A DNA stretch of 64,000 nt from the NCBI GenBank assembly GCA_035084275.1, contig CM068748.1:9672001-9736000 (forward strand). Reading direction: 5' to 3'. The stretch is from Hydrolagus colliei. Taxonomy: Eukaryota. This document shows, one piece after another, positions 50,208-62,570 of this stretch. The notes below the pieces were generated by a model. The model made no database searches and was not told the DNA's origin. It was given only the letters and a program-made list of their open reading frames with translations. Each line of letters opens with the position of its first letter. Positions within the stretch are counted from its first letter, which is position 1. A program made the position numbers and the translations under genes.

Positions 50208-50765
50208 ACAACAACAAGTGCGATTTATATAGCGCCCTCCACGCCGGACGGCGTCTCAGAGCGCTTCACAGTAGCGGATCCCGGGACCGAGCCAGGGGCA
50301 GGGGACAGAAAGGTGACCAAAAGCTCGGTCGAAGAGAAAGGTCTTCAACTGTGACCTGAAACTGGGAAGAGAGGGGGCAAGGCGAAGGGAGTGAGGAAGG
50401 GAGTTCCAGAGCCTCGGGGTGTAGTGGCTAAAGGCACGGCCGCTGAGGGTGGAGCGGAGGATTCGGGGGACATGGAGGAGGCCAGACCCAGAGGAGTGAA
50501 GGCAGCGGGTACTGGGTTGTGGGGAGAGGAGATCAGAGAGATAGGGGGGGGGTGCAGAGAAGTGGAGAGATTTGAAAACAAGGGAGAGGATCTTGAAGTC
50601 GATCCTCTCTGGGATAGGGAGCCAGTGAAGTCTGGCAAGGACTGGGGTAATGGGGGAGCGAAGCTTAGAGCGGTGAAATATGCGGGTGACAGAGTTTTGG
50701 ATAAACTGGATTTTGTGGATTGTGGTGGAGGGGAGACCGGCGAGGAGGGCGTTGCAATAGTCCAG
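50208..50765 (-). mobile_element. L2 LINE 3' end (second family)
   Basis: LDYCNALLAGLP...IQNSVTRI...[13 protein letters not shown]...GRAFS...LWNSLP...LKTFLF. Confidence 0.93.
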
Positions 50766-52572
50766 CAATAGCCATAACTTACATGTTCTGGATGCATAGT
50801 ATTTAAACACCGTGAAATCTAGATGTGCCAGCTGAATAAATGTTGTTCCAATTGTGCAATATGCAATAATTTTTTTACAACAGCACTGTTGGGGTAACAA
50901 TTCTGCCTTTACTACACATTGCTGATTCCCAGTTTTACAACAGAAACTTTCTGTGCCATTATCTCCATCCCAAAACTGCTATCATTACATTGTATTGATT
51001 GTGTTTAGCATGTTGTTTCATATACAGTACCTATGTATACAGTATTGATCTATCAACACAGAATTCAATAAGATACCATTGAAATACATTGTTGCATCAC
51101 CTTTACCTGATGTCATTGCTACAAAATTGACACGGCTCTTATTCCATTACAACAAAAATACCTTTGCCAAACAATTATCATGAAGGCAGTGCTGGTAATT
51201 GAAATGCTTAGTTTAGGGAGTATTTTGGTATTGATCTTAAAAAAGATGTTGAACCAGGATGTTTCAAGAACTGATTTAGCAGTCTTTGAAGCCACCTAGA
51301 GAATTTAATTTGCAACTGCAACTGTACTCTGAAAGGGAGCAAAGGTTATTTGAAAATACTATGACACAGAAACAAGTTGGACAATGATGCTGTTTTGAAT
51401 TTGATTTATTACATTTCCTGAATACAACTTTTATGCAATATATTTCATGAAAGAAATGTAGATTACACCAACAACTTGCATTTATTTCATGCAGTGTCTC
51501 AGAGCATTTAACATTGGAGGAACTTGACGTTGAGCAAGTGAGAGGTTTACATGAGGTAAACACGTGTCAAAATGTTTTATTATTTTGTACCTACAATCGT
51601 CAAAACTAATTTATTTTCATACAAATCTAGGACAAAGGCCATTGATAGTTATAATGCAATTAGATGGGAGCCTTTGTCATGATGGACGCCTTTCTGTTCA
51701 CAGGACAGGTGACAGTGCACATGACCGTGTACTGCAGTTTAACTATGGCATTTGATATTCACAAATCATAGTATTTATTTACGATTTTGAAGTACTGTTG
51801 GCGATTGTACCATTTATATAGATAAGATTTATGTAAATTTAACTAAAATGGCTTTCACATCAGGAATCTCTGTGTATTCTGTATAAAATCATAATAAAAT
51901 AAGTCCAGGCCAAGTGGAATTTATATTTGCAAATGCATAATTTTATTAAGGCAAATATCTTAATTATGGCTTCTGAAATATGGATGAAATTATTGGTACA
52001 GCATAACCTCATTATAATGTGGGGTTAAATAGCTCAGAGGCCATATCATACATAAAATGCTAATTCAACAACATCCATAGTTAATAATATATTATTATTT
52101 CAAATCTAACCTTCCTGAGCAATCCAGATTTTGTAATATTACATAATTATATTTGTTTTAGTAAATAAGTACTCCTATTGAAACTCAAATACAGTCCATT
52201 GCAGCACTGTACACAAACATGTTCTTCTAGCTTACATACTTTACTCTGCCCTGCGTTAATCACTTAACTGACTTATCCATCACAAAATATGGCAAGTACT
52301 ATATATACTGTATAATTAAATTCAACTCTGTATCTCTTGCAAAATATGATGTCAATCCCATTATACTCAACTCTCTGGCCGATAGATCCAGGATTTTGTT
52401 TCCAAAGTGTTTGCATGGTAATAACTGTTCTCACATCTGGATTCAATATCCTTTGCTAGAGAAAGGGCAGAACTACTAAAGAGTTTGGGGGCAGAAATCT
52501 GGATGTGGTGTAGGCTCACTTGTATTGACTGAGGCTGATAGCTCCTTAATCATCTCACAAACTGTGGATATT

Positions 52573-52881
52573 ATAATAATCCTTGCATTTGATATAGCCC
52601 TTTGCATGTTTTCTAGAAATCTCAAAGCGCTTCACAGAATATACTGTAAAGTGAATTTACTGTATTTTTGAGTGAAACGTGGCAGCCAACTGTGCACAAC
52701 AGTGTTCCACAAATAGTCATGGATTGAAATGACCAATTTATTATCTATATATATATATTATTTTTTTTTTGGGGGGGGGGGATTATTATTAGGCATGTGG
52801 AGTAAGGAAACTTGGCCAAGGTTTTGTCCTGCCTGGAATCGAACCCAGGTCTCTCACTTGCAAGGCGAGTGCTCTAACCAC
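52573..52881 (-). mobile_element. tRNA-derived SINE (major family)
   Basis: Reverse-complement match. Confidence 0.87.
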
Positions 52882-54896
52882 CTAATTACATTGGACGCTA
52901 TGGACAAAACAAAAAGCAGTGTCAATTTTGTGGTGTTGGGAGGATAAAATATTTGAATTAAACTTTTTGAAGTTTTTAAGAACAAGCATATGTGAAAATG
53001 CATGAATAGAAAAGATTTCCTATGTTGAAACTAGTTCTGCTATGGTTGAATTCTTTTCTTTCTATTTTTGTCCCCAGTGGTGCTAAAGAACACAGAAAGT
53101 AATATTAATAACAGCCTTTAAGAGTGATAGCTTATTTTGTAAAACGTTAAAGCAACATTACAGTTCTTAAATTACTTCTGCTTATTTCGGGTTAAATACG
53201 GAACAATATGCAAACAGCGCTTAAAATACATTATATAGAGCAATTACTATACCACGAAAAGCATAATACTTTTTAAAATCTTCACATGGCGAATATCTGG
53301 TAACAAGATTTACCAGTCATTCAGTGATGTTTTACTTTAAAACAAATTGAGTGAACTGAACTTTTAGAATGATGAGTTCATTTCCTTCTGCTCTAATATT
53401 TTATTTTCTGTTTCAGGACATTTAACAATCTTGGTAGAACCTGCAAATAGTATAATTGAGCAAAGCCAGCAGCTTTACTGATAAATGAAATTTCTTGCCC
53501 AGTTCTAGATAAAGAGACTTTTGTAATGAGATCAGAGCTGCTGATGATCAATTCGAATAATCTAATGTGTGGTCTAATTTAAAAGAACATTTGGTTTCAT
53601 AATTTTTTTCTCTTCAGAAACAAGTAGCAAATCAAATTGCATTCCTATGTACCAGAGTACTTTAGAAACATGAGTTATCTATTGTAGTAAAATGCTATTA
53701 CATGAATTTATCACATTTATGAGAATCCCTTCCTCAACCTGTATCAAAGTAATTTAAGGGGCAAAGGGACTCTTGGTGCTTTGTGGAAAGCAGAGTTTTG
53801 AATTTCTTATTTTAAGAAATATATTATCAGAAATATAAACTGTATTAGCTAACCCTTGGGTTTGATGGAAACCAGGCTCACAAGCAACAGGACACATTTC
53901 AATGATATGCTTACTGCCCTGCAATTCTTTATCTCTTAGTATGTACAACAGGATGATAATCATACACATACTTCTTGTCATCATCGTTGTAGACTATTAC
54001 ATTCTTACCCTGGGGATCTAACAACACCATCTCCTAATTAAATGTAGAAAAACAATTGTGATTGTTTCATACTTAGGTGAATGAAACAGTATTTCTTAAA
54101 CCCCCCCAAAAGTTTCTAATTCTTAATTTTACAAGATCAACACAACAACAAAATTGAATTTGTAAAGCACCTTTCACATCCCAAGGCACAGGACAGTCAA
54201 TGTTTCAGACCCAATATGGTATGTAGTGTTTCAGGGCCAGACTGATTCCAGCCCCTGGGCCAACTGGTCACCGGGTCGGGAGGGCGTGGAGCCGACTCAT
54301 TCCTGCTCCAAGCTGACTGCAAGCGAAACAAAATTCTTGCAGGTTTTTTAAAATATAAAAACAAAATAGACAAGTATTCACATTGTCTCAGTATCAAAGC
54401 AATAAATAAGTAAGATTTCAAGTAATCCAATGTTATTTCAAAATAAATTTTCACAAAGTCTGGAAGCAGAAAGAATTTCTGACTGAGAAGTGAGGTCCCA
54501 GTAGGGACAGAAATTGAACTAAACCAAAAAATAAGGGAAACTGAAGAGTAAAATGGAAGGAAGAATGAGGAACAATTTACAAACAGCACAACTCTGTCTT
54601 AGACACTGGAGGAAACAGGTTCATCCACCACACCTCAATGTGAAATTTAAGTAAAGGGTAATAAATTGTGTTCACAGTTTTACTTAATGACAATTTTTAA
54701 TTAACAACGCAGTATATACTGGAAAAATCCTACTAAATAGAATGAAGTCAATATGCAAAACAAAATACCTTTATTTGCATTAATTTATAAAACGAATTTA
54801 CAAAAAAAATTGGTCATTTATTTCACAGTTGTTTGTGGGTCTCTTCTGCTTCAAAAGAATGAGTAATTGCTTAAAGGTTTTTGTATTCATCTTATT

Positions 54897-55376
54897 TTTC
54901 GCGACCACATCACTCCCACCCTCACCCATCTCCAATGTCTCCCCATCCCCCAGAGGATCGAATTCAAGATCCTCGTCCTCACTTTCAAGGCCATTCACAG
55001 CCTTGCCTCCGCCTATCTCTCTGACCTACTGTCTCCCTATCAGCCTGCCCACCAGACTCAGGCCTGCTCTTTGTCCACCACCCAAACCACCCAACCATCG
55101 GCGACTGGGCTTTCAGCCTCTCTGCTCCCACACTGTGGAACTCCATCCCACAGTCCCTCCGCCTTGCTACTCCCTTTCCTCCTTCAAGGCCGGTCTCAAG
55201 ACCTTCCTCTTCGACCACGCCTTCGGCCTCCCCATTAACTTTTCCCCCCACTAACTCTTGCCCCCCTCCCCCCCCCCCCACACACTCGCTCTGGTCCCGA
55301 CCTTACTGTTCAGTGCTTTGGGACGTCCTCCCGACGAGAAACGCACTATACAAGTGTAATTTTGTTGTTGTTGTTT
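54897..55376 (+). mobile_element. L2 LINE 3' end
   Basis: [31 protein letters not shown]; tail plus (TTG)n. Confidence 0.9.
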
Positions 55377-56003
55377 TAAATCAATTATCATGAAAAGAAA
55401 CAAGTTCTTGTTTATTACTCCTGTTTATTATGGGTAGGCTGACTAAGAGTTACAGCTGTTATGAACTTACCCTGACAACAAAATTAAATTTGTACTGTAA
55501 ACAGTATAGTCTTTCATATCAGGAGAACATCCCAAGGCACTGGATCCATCTAGGAAGTTACAACATAATTTGTCCAATGTTATTTATAGGTATGAACAAA
55601 AAAAAGAAAAGCATTTGTTTGCCAATCGGGTGAAAATTAGTACAGTACTTAGGAAGCTAATGAAATAAATCCTAGCTACAAAAGGGGTCTGATAGAAGGA
55701 CAAACGTGAGGAGGAGCAAATAGGATTCGAATAGATAACTGCAGTGGAGGAGACACTATGAGCCAAATACCCATGTTACCATCTTCCTGTTGGTGCAACA
55801 TGGTGTTTTTTTGTGATGCCAGTGTCCCAGTCTGAGCCAATCGATGCAGTATCTTGTTCTCAACCCATCTTCCCAGTAACCTGTTAATTACCCTTTGAGC
55901 AATAAAAAAAACTACCTGGTGTCTATCCACCTATGTCCTCTTGTTTTTCATCCAGTGCATCTTTTTCAACCTCATTTAAAAAAGGGTATACACCTCTATA
56001 CGT

Positions 56004-56047
56004 CAGGGCAACCATACGTCCCCAATTCCGGGACAGTCCCTGAATTA
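56004..56047. mobile_element. Possible hAT-Blackjack-like terminus
   Basis: CAGGGCAACCATACGTCCC...CCGGGACAGTCCC resembles Blackjack termini; no partner end found. Confidence 0.3.
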
Positions 56048-56316
56048 GGTATTGCGTCCGTACAGCCAAATTTCTTCTGACTTGAGTTCACCAACAAGCT
56101 GAGCAACACAATCTGAAACAGATACACTCGTAAGAGAAATACAGCAGCAAATCCAATCTTTTCCAGTAACTGGTACAGTAGTATCCAAAATTGTGCTGAG
56201 TTCAGTTTTTTTTACACACACACATACACATATATGCCCCCCGATTCGCTTTACATAATATGGTCACCCTAGTATAATATATCTGCAGCATTTCCTCTGG
56301 GTTATCATCTCTTATT

Positions 56317-56765
56317 AACAATAATAATCCTTGCATTTGATAAGAGCGCTTTTCACGTCCTCTAGACATCTCAAAGAGGTTCACAAAATACACTGTGAAG
56401 CAAATTGACTGTAACACAAACACAAAATACTGCAGATGTTGGAAATCTGAAACAAAACCAGAAACCGCGTTCGAGGAAAGGGTCATGGACCTGAAACTGC
56501 ATTCAGATGGAAGGAAAGTGGACCTGAAATGTTGACTCACTTTCCAATTTCTCCATAGATGCTGCTTGACTTGCTGAGTGTTCCCAGCGATTTTCTGTTT
56601 ATATTAGCGAATTGACTGCATATTTGTAAGGGAAACACTGCAGCCAATTGAGCGCAACAGTGTCCCACACACAGCCTTGAATTGAAAATGACCGAAATAT
56701 GATTTATTTTTGGAGGGATTATTATCAGACGAGTGGAGTAAGGAAACCTACCCAAGGTTTCGCCG
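56317..56765 (-). mobile_element. 5'-truncated SINE hosting a Penelope-like insert
   Basis: Tail and body on either side of the insert; an L2 tail (+) follows at 56770-56869. Confidence 0.8.
56414..56605 (+). mobile_element. Penelope-like mini-element with partial inverted arm and two decayed hammerhead-like units
   Basis: Shares GTTGACTCACTTT...CTCCATAGATGCTGC...TTCCCAGC; imperfect 15-bp TSD 56399-56413 / 56606-56620. Confidence 0.72.
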
Positions 56766-56869
56766 TCATCCTCCCCCCCCACCCGCTCGGGTCCCGACCT
56801 GATTGTTCAGCTCCTTGGGACGTCCTCCCGACCTGAAAGACGCTCTATAAATGTAAATTTGGTGTTGTT

Positions 56870-57500
56870 AACCTCGGCCTGAGCCAGGCCCCGTCACCAC
56901 GGCAACCGCCAGCGGGGCAGCAGCGGGCGAGCGATCAAACATCGCGAGATCACACTGCTGGCTGGCGCGGGGTCCAAGGTCACGGAGCCAATCGACGCAA
57001 CAGGGGCCGCGGTGCTGTCGTCAGCCGGGGCTGGAGGGAAGGAAGCGGAGAGTGGCTGCTCTCCTTCTCCTCCCCCTCCCTCCCTCCCCCCGCTGCCATC
57101 AAGGAGAAACAGCCTCAAACTGTAACACACCAGGTCCCCGGTGTAACCGGGTGCCGGCCAATAGGCCGGCGAAATACACCCTGTCGGGAGCCCCATGTTG
57201 CCGGGACCGAGCTGAGGTGTCGGATGCGGCGGTTGGGTCAGGAAGGACCCGATGGACGTTATGGAAAGTCCATTGAATCTGGTAAGTTTTTTTTCTTCTC
57301 GGTTTCTTCCTTTGTTTGGAGACACAAAGAAAAGGAGCGGTAATGGGTGTAACGGCACGGGTGGGGGTGGTGGTCAGAGTAAATAGCCCTCCATTATGCA
57401 CCCACCCCCTGAGAGCCACACCATGTTCCCGTTTACTTGCCTTGTGTCCGGTGGGAGGGGGAGGGGGGTTGGTGGTGGGGGGGAGGGGGGAGGGGTGCAG
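56870..57500 (+). promoter_or_regulatory. CpG-island promoter and 5' UTR of NRBF2
   Basis: The main non-repeat GC/CpG-rich tract in the window, surrounding exon 1; CCAAT at 56988 and 57158; X-box-like GTCACCACGGCAAC 56893-56906; CATCGCGAGA 56940-56949. Confidence 0.85.
57252..57281 (+). CDS. NRBF2: NRBF2 coding exon 1 (MDVMESPLNL)
   Basis: ATG at 57252 inside a CpG island; 30 nt followed by a GTAAG donor at 57282; the peptide matches the vertebrate NRBF2 N-terminus (human MEVMEGPLNL). Confidence 0.93.
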
Positions 57501-58474
57501 CACCCATCACAGACCTGAGACTTCAAATTATATAAAACAATTAAAGACTTGGTTTCTGACCAAGAAAAACAACAACTCTGTAACAGCCCACAGTGAATAG
57601 GTTAAAACGTTCCCCCAATTTATATTTAAAATTACAGATTCAAACGGCAGTATTCCAACTGATCTTTTGTTATCCAGGGTATCATGTTTGGCCAAGCTGT
57701 TGGTTGTCATTTGGGGATAACCTTACTTTCACAAAGTTTTAAATAAGTGGGAAAAGCGATTAGTTTAAGCTGGTTGAAGTCAGCTGGTAAAAAAGAGGTT
57801 GACGTTTTGGGGAAGTTCCTTCAATCCAAACTAACAGTTGGATTGGAGAATCCGGTTCACAGTGATTGAGATGTGAGATAGGGTTTCAAGTTACAGTGTT
57901 CATTTCTGAAGTTTATGTTGAGTTTAGGTAGTGAACTGGAAGAACAGATAGAAGCAAAGGGTCCGCTTGTATTTGCATAATACATTTTCTGTTAAAAAGT
58001 TTAGCAAATAAATACTAATCATAGGAACAGTTATAGCTTTGTGACAGCCATTTGCAATAGTGAGGTCTCTAAAACACCCATGAGATGACTAATAATGGCA
58101 GTACTCATTGATAACTGCATTGGAATGTCAGCCTCAACTGTGAGACCGAAGCCTGATCCAGAGGTGAAAAGGCTCCCAATTGAGGTAAAATGATTGAGAC
58201 AAAAAGAGACTAAAGATTGGTCAGAATGTGATTTCAAGTGCAGAGCCATTATATTTCAGATTTGTATTTCTGGTTACAATGAAGACATCCACAATCTGAT
58301 CTGTGTTGGCTTTACAGATGTAGGTGTAGTTATTTGAAATGAAATGATAACAACAACAAATTACATATGTCTAGTGCTGTCGGGAGAACATCCCAAGGTG
58401 CTACACCAAGATCAGAGGATAATCAACAACTGGAACAGGTGACCAGAAAGGTGGTAGTACCCAGGACTCTGGAA

Positions 58475-58830
58475 TCATATCAAAAGTTGCTTGATCCTGT
58501 GATGGAGGAACAGTATAACATCCTTGTTCTGCAAGGATGAGATCAGAAGGGCCAATCCAAAACAATCTTATGATCATGCCTGCCTGTTCAGGTGGGCAAA
58601 AGAAATTTCATCACACCATTTAGAAAGAGAAGGGTTTTTCTCCTAGTTTTCTGACCAACAATTCTTCAGATAAATTAGTCATTTACCCAATGGGTCGTTG
58701 TAGGATATTTGCACCTGCATGCAAATTTCTTGCTGTGGTTGCCTATAGTCAATGTACTTAGCAGCAATCCCTGTGAAGTGCTTTGAGACATTTCGATGAC
58801 ATAGACACTTAATGCGAGAATTATTTTATA
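58475..58830 (+). mobile_element. Old Deu-domain SINE in NRBF2 intron 1
   Basis: CTGCCTGTTCAGGTGG... and GTGAAGTGCTTTGAGACAT tail. Confidence 0.55.
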
Positions 58831-58939
58831 CCATAATGTAGGATGTGGTGGTGTCCTGCAAATCGTAAACCAGTTGACTAAACATTAATTTTATAAAGTG
58901 AACACAATTCAAAATCAAACTCCTATTATAACATTGATA

Positions 58940-59340
58940 ATAATTCTCACATTTGGTGTAATTCCTTATCACATTGTCAATATATCGCAGAGGACTTCAC
59001 AGGATATTACTGTAAAATGGATTGACTGTTGTGGGCGATTGGGCTATTTTATGGGTGAATGGAGCAGTCCGTTTGCGCACGGCAATGTCTCAGAAATAGA
59101 GCGAATGACCAATTTTATTTGGAGGATTGTTGGCCAGGACAGTCTTCCTTCTCTTTTCAAATAGTGCTATGGGATCTTCAATATCCACCTGAATAGGCAG
59201 AGGAGACTTTGGTTTAACATTTCATCTTAAGGAAGCCGATAATACAATCCCCCACCCGGCACTGCATTGCGGTGTCAGCTTAGACATTATGATTTCAAAT
59301 CCTGACACAGGCGAGAGTGCTACCACTAAGCCAGGCTGAT
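58940..59340 (-). mobile_element. Deu-domain SINE in NRBF2 intron 1
   Basis: GGGATCTTCAATATCCACCTGAATAGGCAG; head GGCGAGAGTGCTACCACTAAGCC. Confidence 0.72.
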
Positions 59341-59388
59341 ACATGATGCTTTGGGTATTTTTCTTTCAAGAAGCATCATTTCTTTCAG

Positions 59389-59473
59389 GCTCATCAGCAG
59401 AGCAGAAAGGCAGAACGTATGCTTGCAGCAGGAAAGTATGCTGAAGCTATTGCTTGCCATGAAAAAGCTGCAG
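59389..59473 (+). CDS. NRBF2: NRBF2 coding exon 2, MIT-domain part (AHQQSRKAERMLAAGKYAEAIACHEKAA)
   Basis: tttcag acceptor and GTCAG donor; 85 nt; phase fits exons 1 and 3; matches human AHQQSRRADRLLAAGKYEEAISCHKKAA. Confidence 0.96.
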
Positions 59474-59834
59474 GTCAGTAAACTTTTTCTAAAGTATAAA
59501 ACTAATGCTTAAAAAATTTGAAAGCTTTACATGGTTATGTAAGGAAACAACAAATCTGTATGTTTAGTGATGGTCTTTATGATTGAATTTCACCTGTTTA
59601 CTTCCCCATTGTCAAACAATGATGTGGTACTCAGGTGGAGGGAAATTGGCTGGGATTCCACTTGTGGTGTATTCAATGTCCCTATTGGTTTGCTTACAGA
59701 GAATCAATTCTAAAGGCCAAGGAGATTTCTGTTGTAAGCAGTCTCTCCTCTTAAATTTAAAATTTGTGGGACTCATGGAGCTGAAGGCCAAGACTGCACC
59801 TTAAAATTGCGAATCTTTTATCGTAATCACACAC

Positions 59835-60330
59835 CTCTATCATCCAGAACTCTGTAGCCCATGTCCGCTCCAAGCTCCACCATCCTATCACCCCCATTCT
59901 TGTCCGACTCTACTGGCCTCCCATCACCCAGAGCATTCAATTTAAGATCCTGGTCCTCACCTTTTAAACCCTCCGTGGCTTTGCCCCACCCTACTTCTGG
60001 CGATTTCCTAACCCACCACCAACCTGTCTGCTCCCTCTGCTCATTGGGCTCTGGCGAGCTCCATATCCCATAACCCACCCACCCCATCATCGGCGGGCGA
60101 GCCTGCAGCCACTCTGCCTCCAACCTTTGGAATTCCATCTCGCAATTCCTCCACCTCGCCCCCTCCCTAGACTTCTTCAAAACCTGCCTTTCATCTGTGC
60201 CATCAGTCACCTCCCTTTGCTCTACCCTCCCCGATCCTGGCCCCAGCTCAGGTCTGAAACACTGCCTGTCCAGCACCTTGGGATGCCCCTTCGACGTGAA
60301 AGGCGCTATAAAAATGTAATTTTATTGTTA
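59835..60330 (+). mobile_element. L2 LINE 3' end in NRBF2 intron 2
   Basis: Homologous to the 25.2-kb copy, with frameshifts. Confidence 0.87.
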
Positions 60331-61653
60331 TAGTAACCCGATAATTTTTTTTTAAACTGCAAAGTTAATAACAATTATTGATAAATAACCTACAGGGATG
60401 GAAGGGACTTTGAGTCATATGCATTAGGTGTGTATTTTATAGAAAAACATTAATGTACATATATTTTCAAGGCCTACATTTGTTATGTTTGACTGATATT
60501 ATTGTTAAATCAGACGTTAATGTTCAATGGTGTGTTTTACTGCTGAAGATACTGTAGAGGGAGGAATCGTTTTTGAAGAAATTATTAGCAATTCCACTGA
60601 ATGGCAAGCCATTGTTTCAGTCTAGATATGTGGGAAAAGGTATGACAATTTATTTGAAAGCAGAAAATCCAGTTTATTGCACCGTTTCAGATTCATTTGT
60701 ATTCATCTTCAATGCTTGTTGAATGTTGACCAACATATGTATATGTGGTAACACTAATAAAATTCAACTGATTGTGGATGACCAACTTGAGTGAGAGGTA
60801 GTAATTACACCCAGATAACAGGACTTCAACTTGAGCACCATTGAAGACAAATTAATCAAGGGCAAATTATTTTATTTTGAATGTTTATTTTAAATGTTAA
60901 AAGTGACATTCAGTTCAGTTTCAATCCTTCAGTAAATGACTGGTTTCTACAATGATAGTCACATTTAAAATCCAAATGAAATTGATAAGTCTTTGCTTGA
61001 TTCCATAGATGGAAGCTGCTTTCAGATAGTTTTTGTAAGTTATTCAACCATGTGAGAGCAATCACAACTGAGTCCAGTCTTGTCCACATGCATTTCCAAC
61101 AGGAGTCACGAGACAGAAAACTGGTTCTGAAACCCCGACCATTAACTCCCACCCCTTCTTTCCTAGGCTAGGCAGGATGTGGCCAATTGCAACCCTTCCT
61201 GGGGCTGGCTAACTCACTGCAGTCTTGCAGGATATTCAAGATTGTCTTTGGACTCCGGTAAGGAGTTCACATGATGTTATTCAAACACTCCCTGCTCTCA
61301 TAGTATTTAACATAAGGAATCCTTGCATGTATGAACCAAAGGTACGAGTGGCCAATACCTGTTCTATTTGACAATTAACAAAGAATATAGTACTCCAAAT
61401 TATGTACGTAAATAAAACCTTACTAGTTGTCCCAATTTGTAAGCCTGGTTTAGTATTCTATTCTGAAATACTTATTCCTATTGTGAGGCTGATCAATGAC
61501 CATGGTCTGAATCAGTACTCTATAATTTTGTAATCCTTTTGATACTTGTTGGGGTTTATTCATATGGAATGCTACTTTGGGAATCTGGTCAAATAGTTGA
61601 ACTGTATATATTGTAATATATGGTTAACTGATTGGTTTCATTCTTCTTTTTAG

Positions 61654-61694
61654 ACCACCTTGGGGAAGCCATGAAACTAACACAGTCAGAACAG
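61654..61694 (+). CDS. NRBF2: NRBF2 coding exon 3 (DHLGEAMKLTQSEQ)
   Basis: Polypyrimidine tract plus tag acceptor, GTATGC donor; 41 nt restores phase 0; matches human YLSEAMKLTQSEQ. Confidence 0.95.
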
Positions 61695-62570
61695 GTATGC
61701 ATTGTGATTAGAATGCACAGACTTTAACTGAATCACTTTGTGTTGTTTAGTGTGGAATCTGACAAAACAGCTGCATCCTTAAAGTAGCACTGAGCCATGT
61801 GTATATATAGTATGTTGTAATTCTATGGTGCACTGTAGCTTCTAAACCATGAATACCTGGTTTCTTTAGTTTGTTCCGCTTCTCTGTTGACAACGATATG
61901 ATTGCTTGGGTACAATCTGATTTTATTTATTACTCATCTTGTAGACATGAATGCCCAATATAACATTCATACAGTTTGCCTCTGAGATCAGCTAAATACA
62001 GCACAAACCAGGTCTGGTTTGTATAGATCAGTACCACACCATACAGTCCAGTTGTTCACTTAGTTGTCATATCAGGTGTATATTGATATATAATACTGTA
62101 CATAATATAAAGAGAATTGATTATGCAACATTCATTTGCTAATTAGTTTGATACATTCTGTACTGGAACATTTAGTTCTTTATTCTAGAAATATGGGCAC
62201 AAAAATATGCCATTCAATCTGTTATACCTGTGCAGTGCTAGTTCACAAAATTGATTGTTTATTTTGTTTTAAAACAATCATTTGTGCTTCAATTTTCAGC
62301 AGTCCTAACAAATGTAAATCTACAGCCATGTTAGGCTAGGTAGTCGTTGCACTTCCCTAACAGCCAGGTTAAAATTAACATTGCAACAGAAATGATGTTT
62401 GGCACAGTGCCGAGTTCCTGGGCATGCAGTGGAACAGTTGTTGTTTCACCTGTTTATGAAGTTCAGGACCAAACTGTGAGGTAGATTTGTGATTAAAAGA
62501 GGAAGTGGCTCTGGGGAAGCAGGGCTGTAGGTTACACTGATAGATTGCTGAGTACCCTGGAAGCAAAGTT

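Noticed and set aside
56894-57600. Overlapping 74-154 aa ORFs
   Set aside because: Stop-codon depletion in a CpG island; no recognisable domain.
61983-62070. Possible ancient SINE heads (also about 27115-27230 and 46010-46135)
   Set aside because: Too decayed to assign a family by eye.
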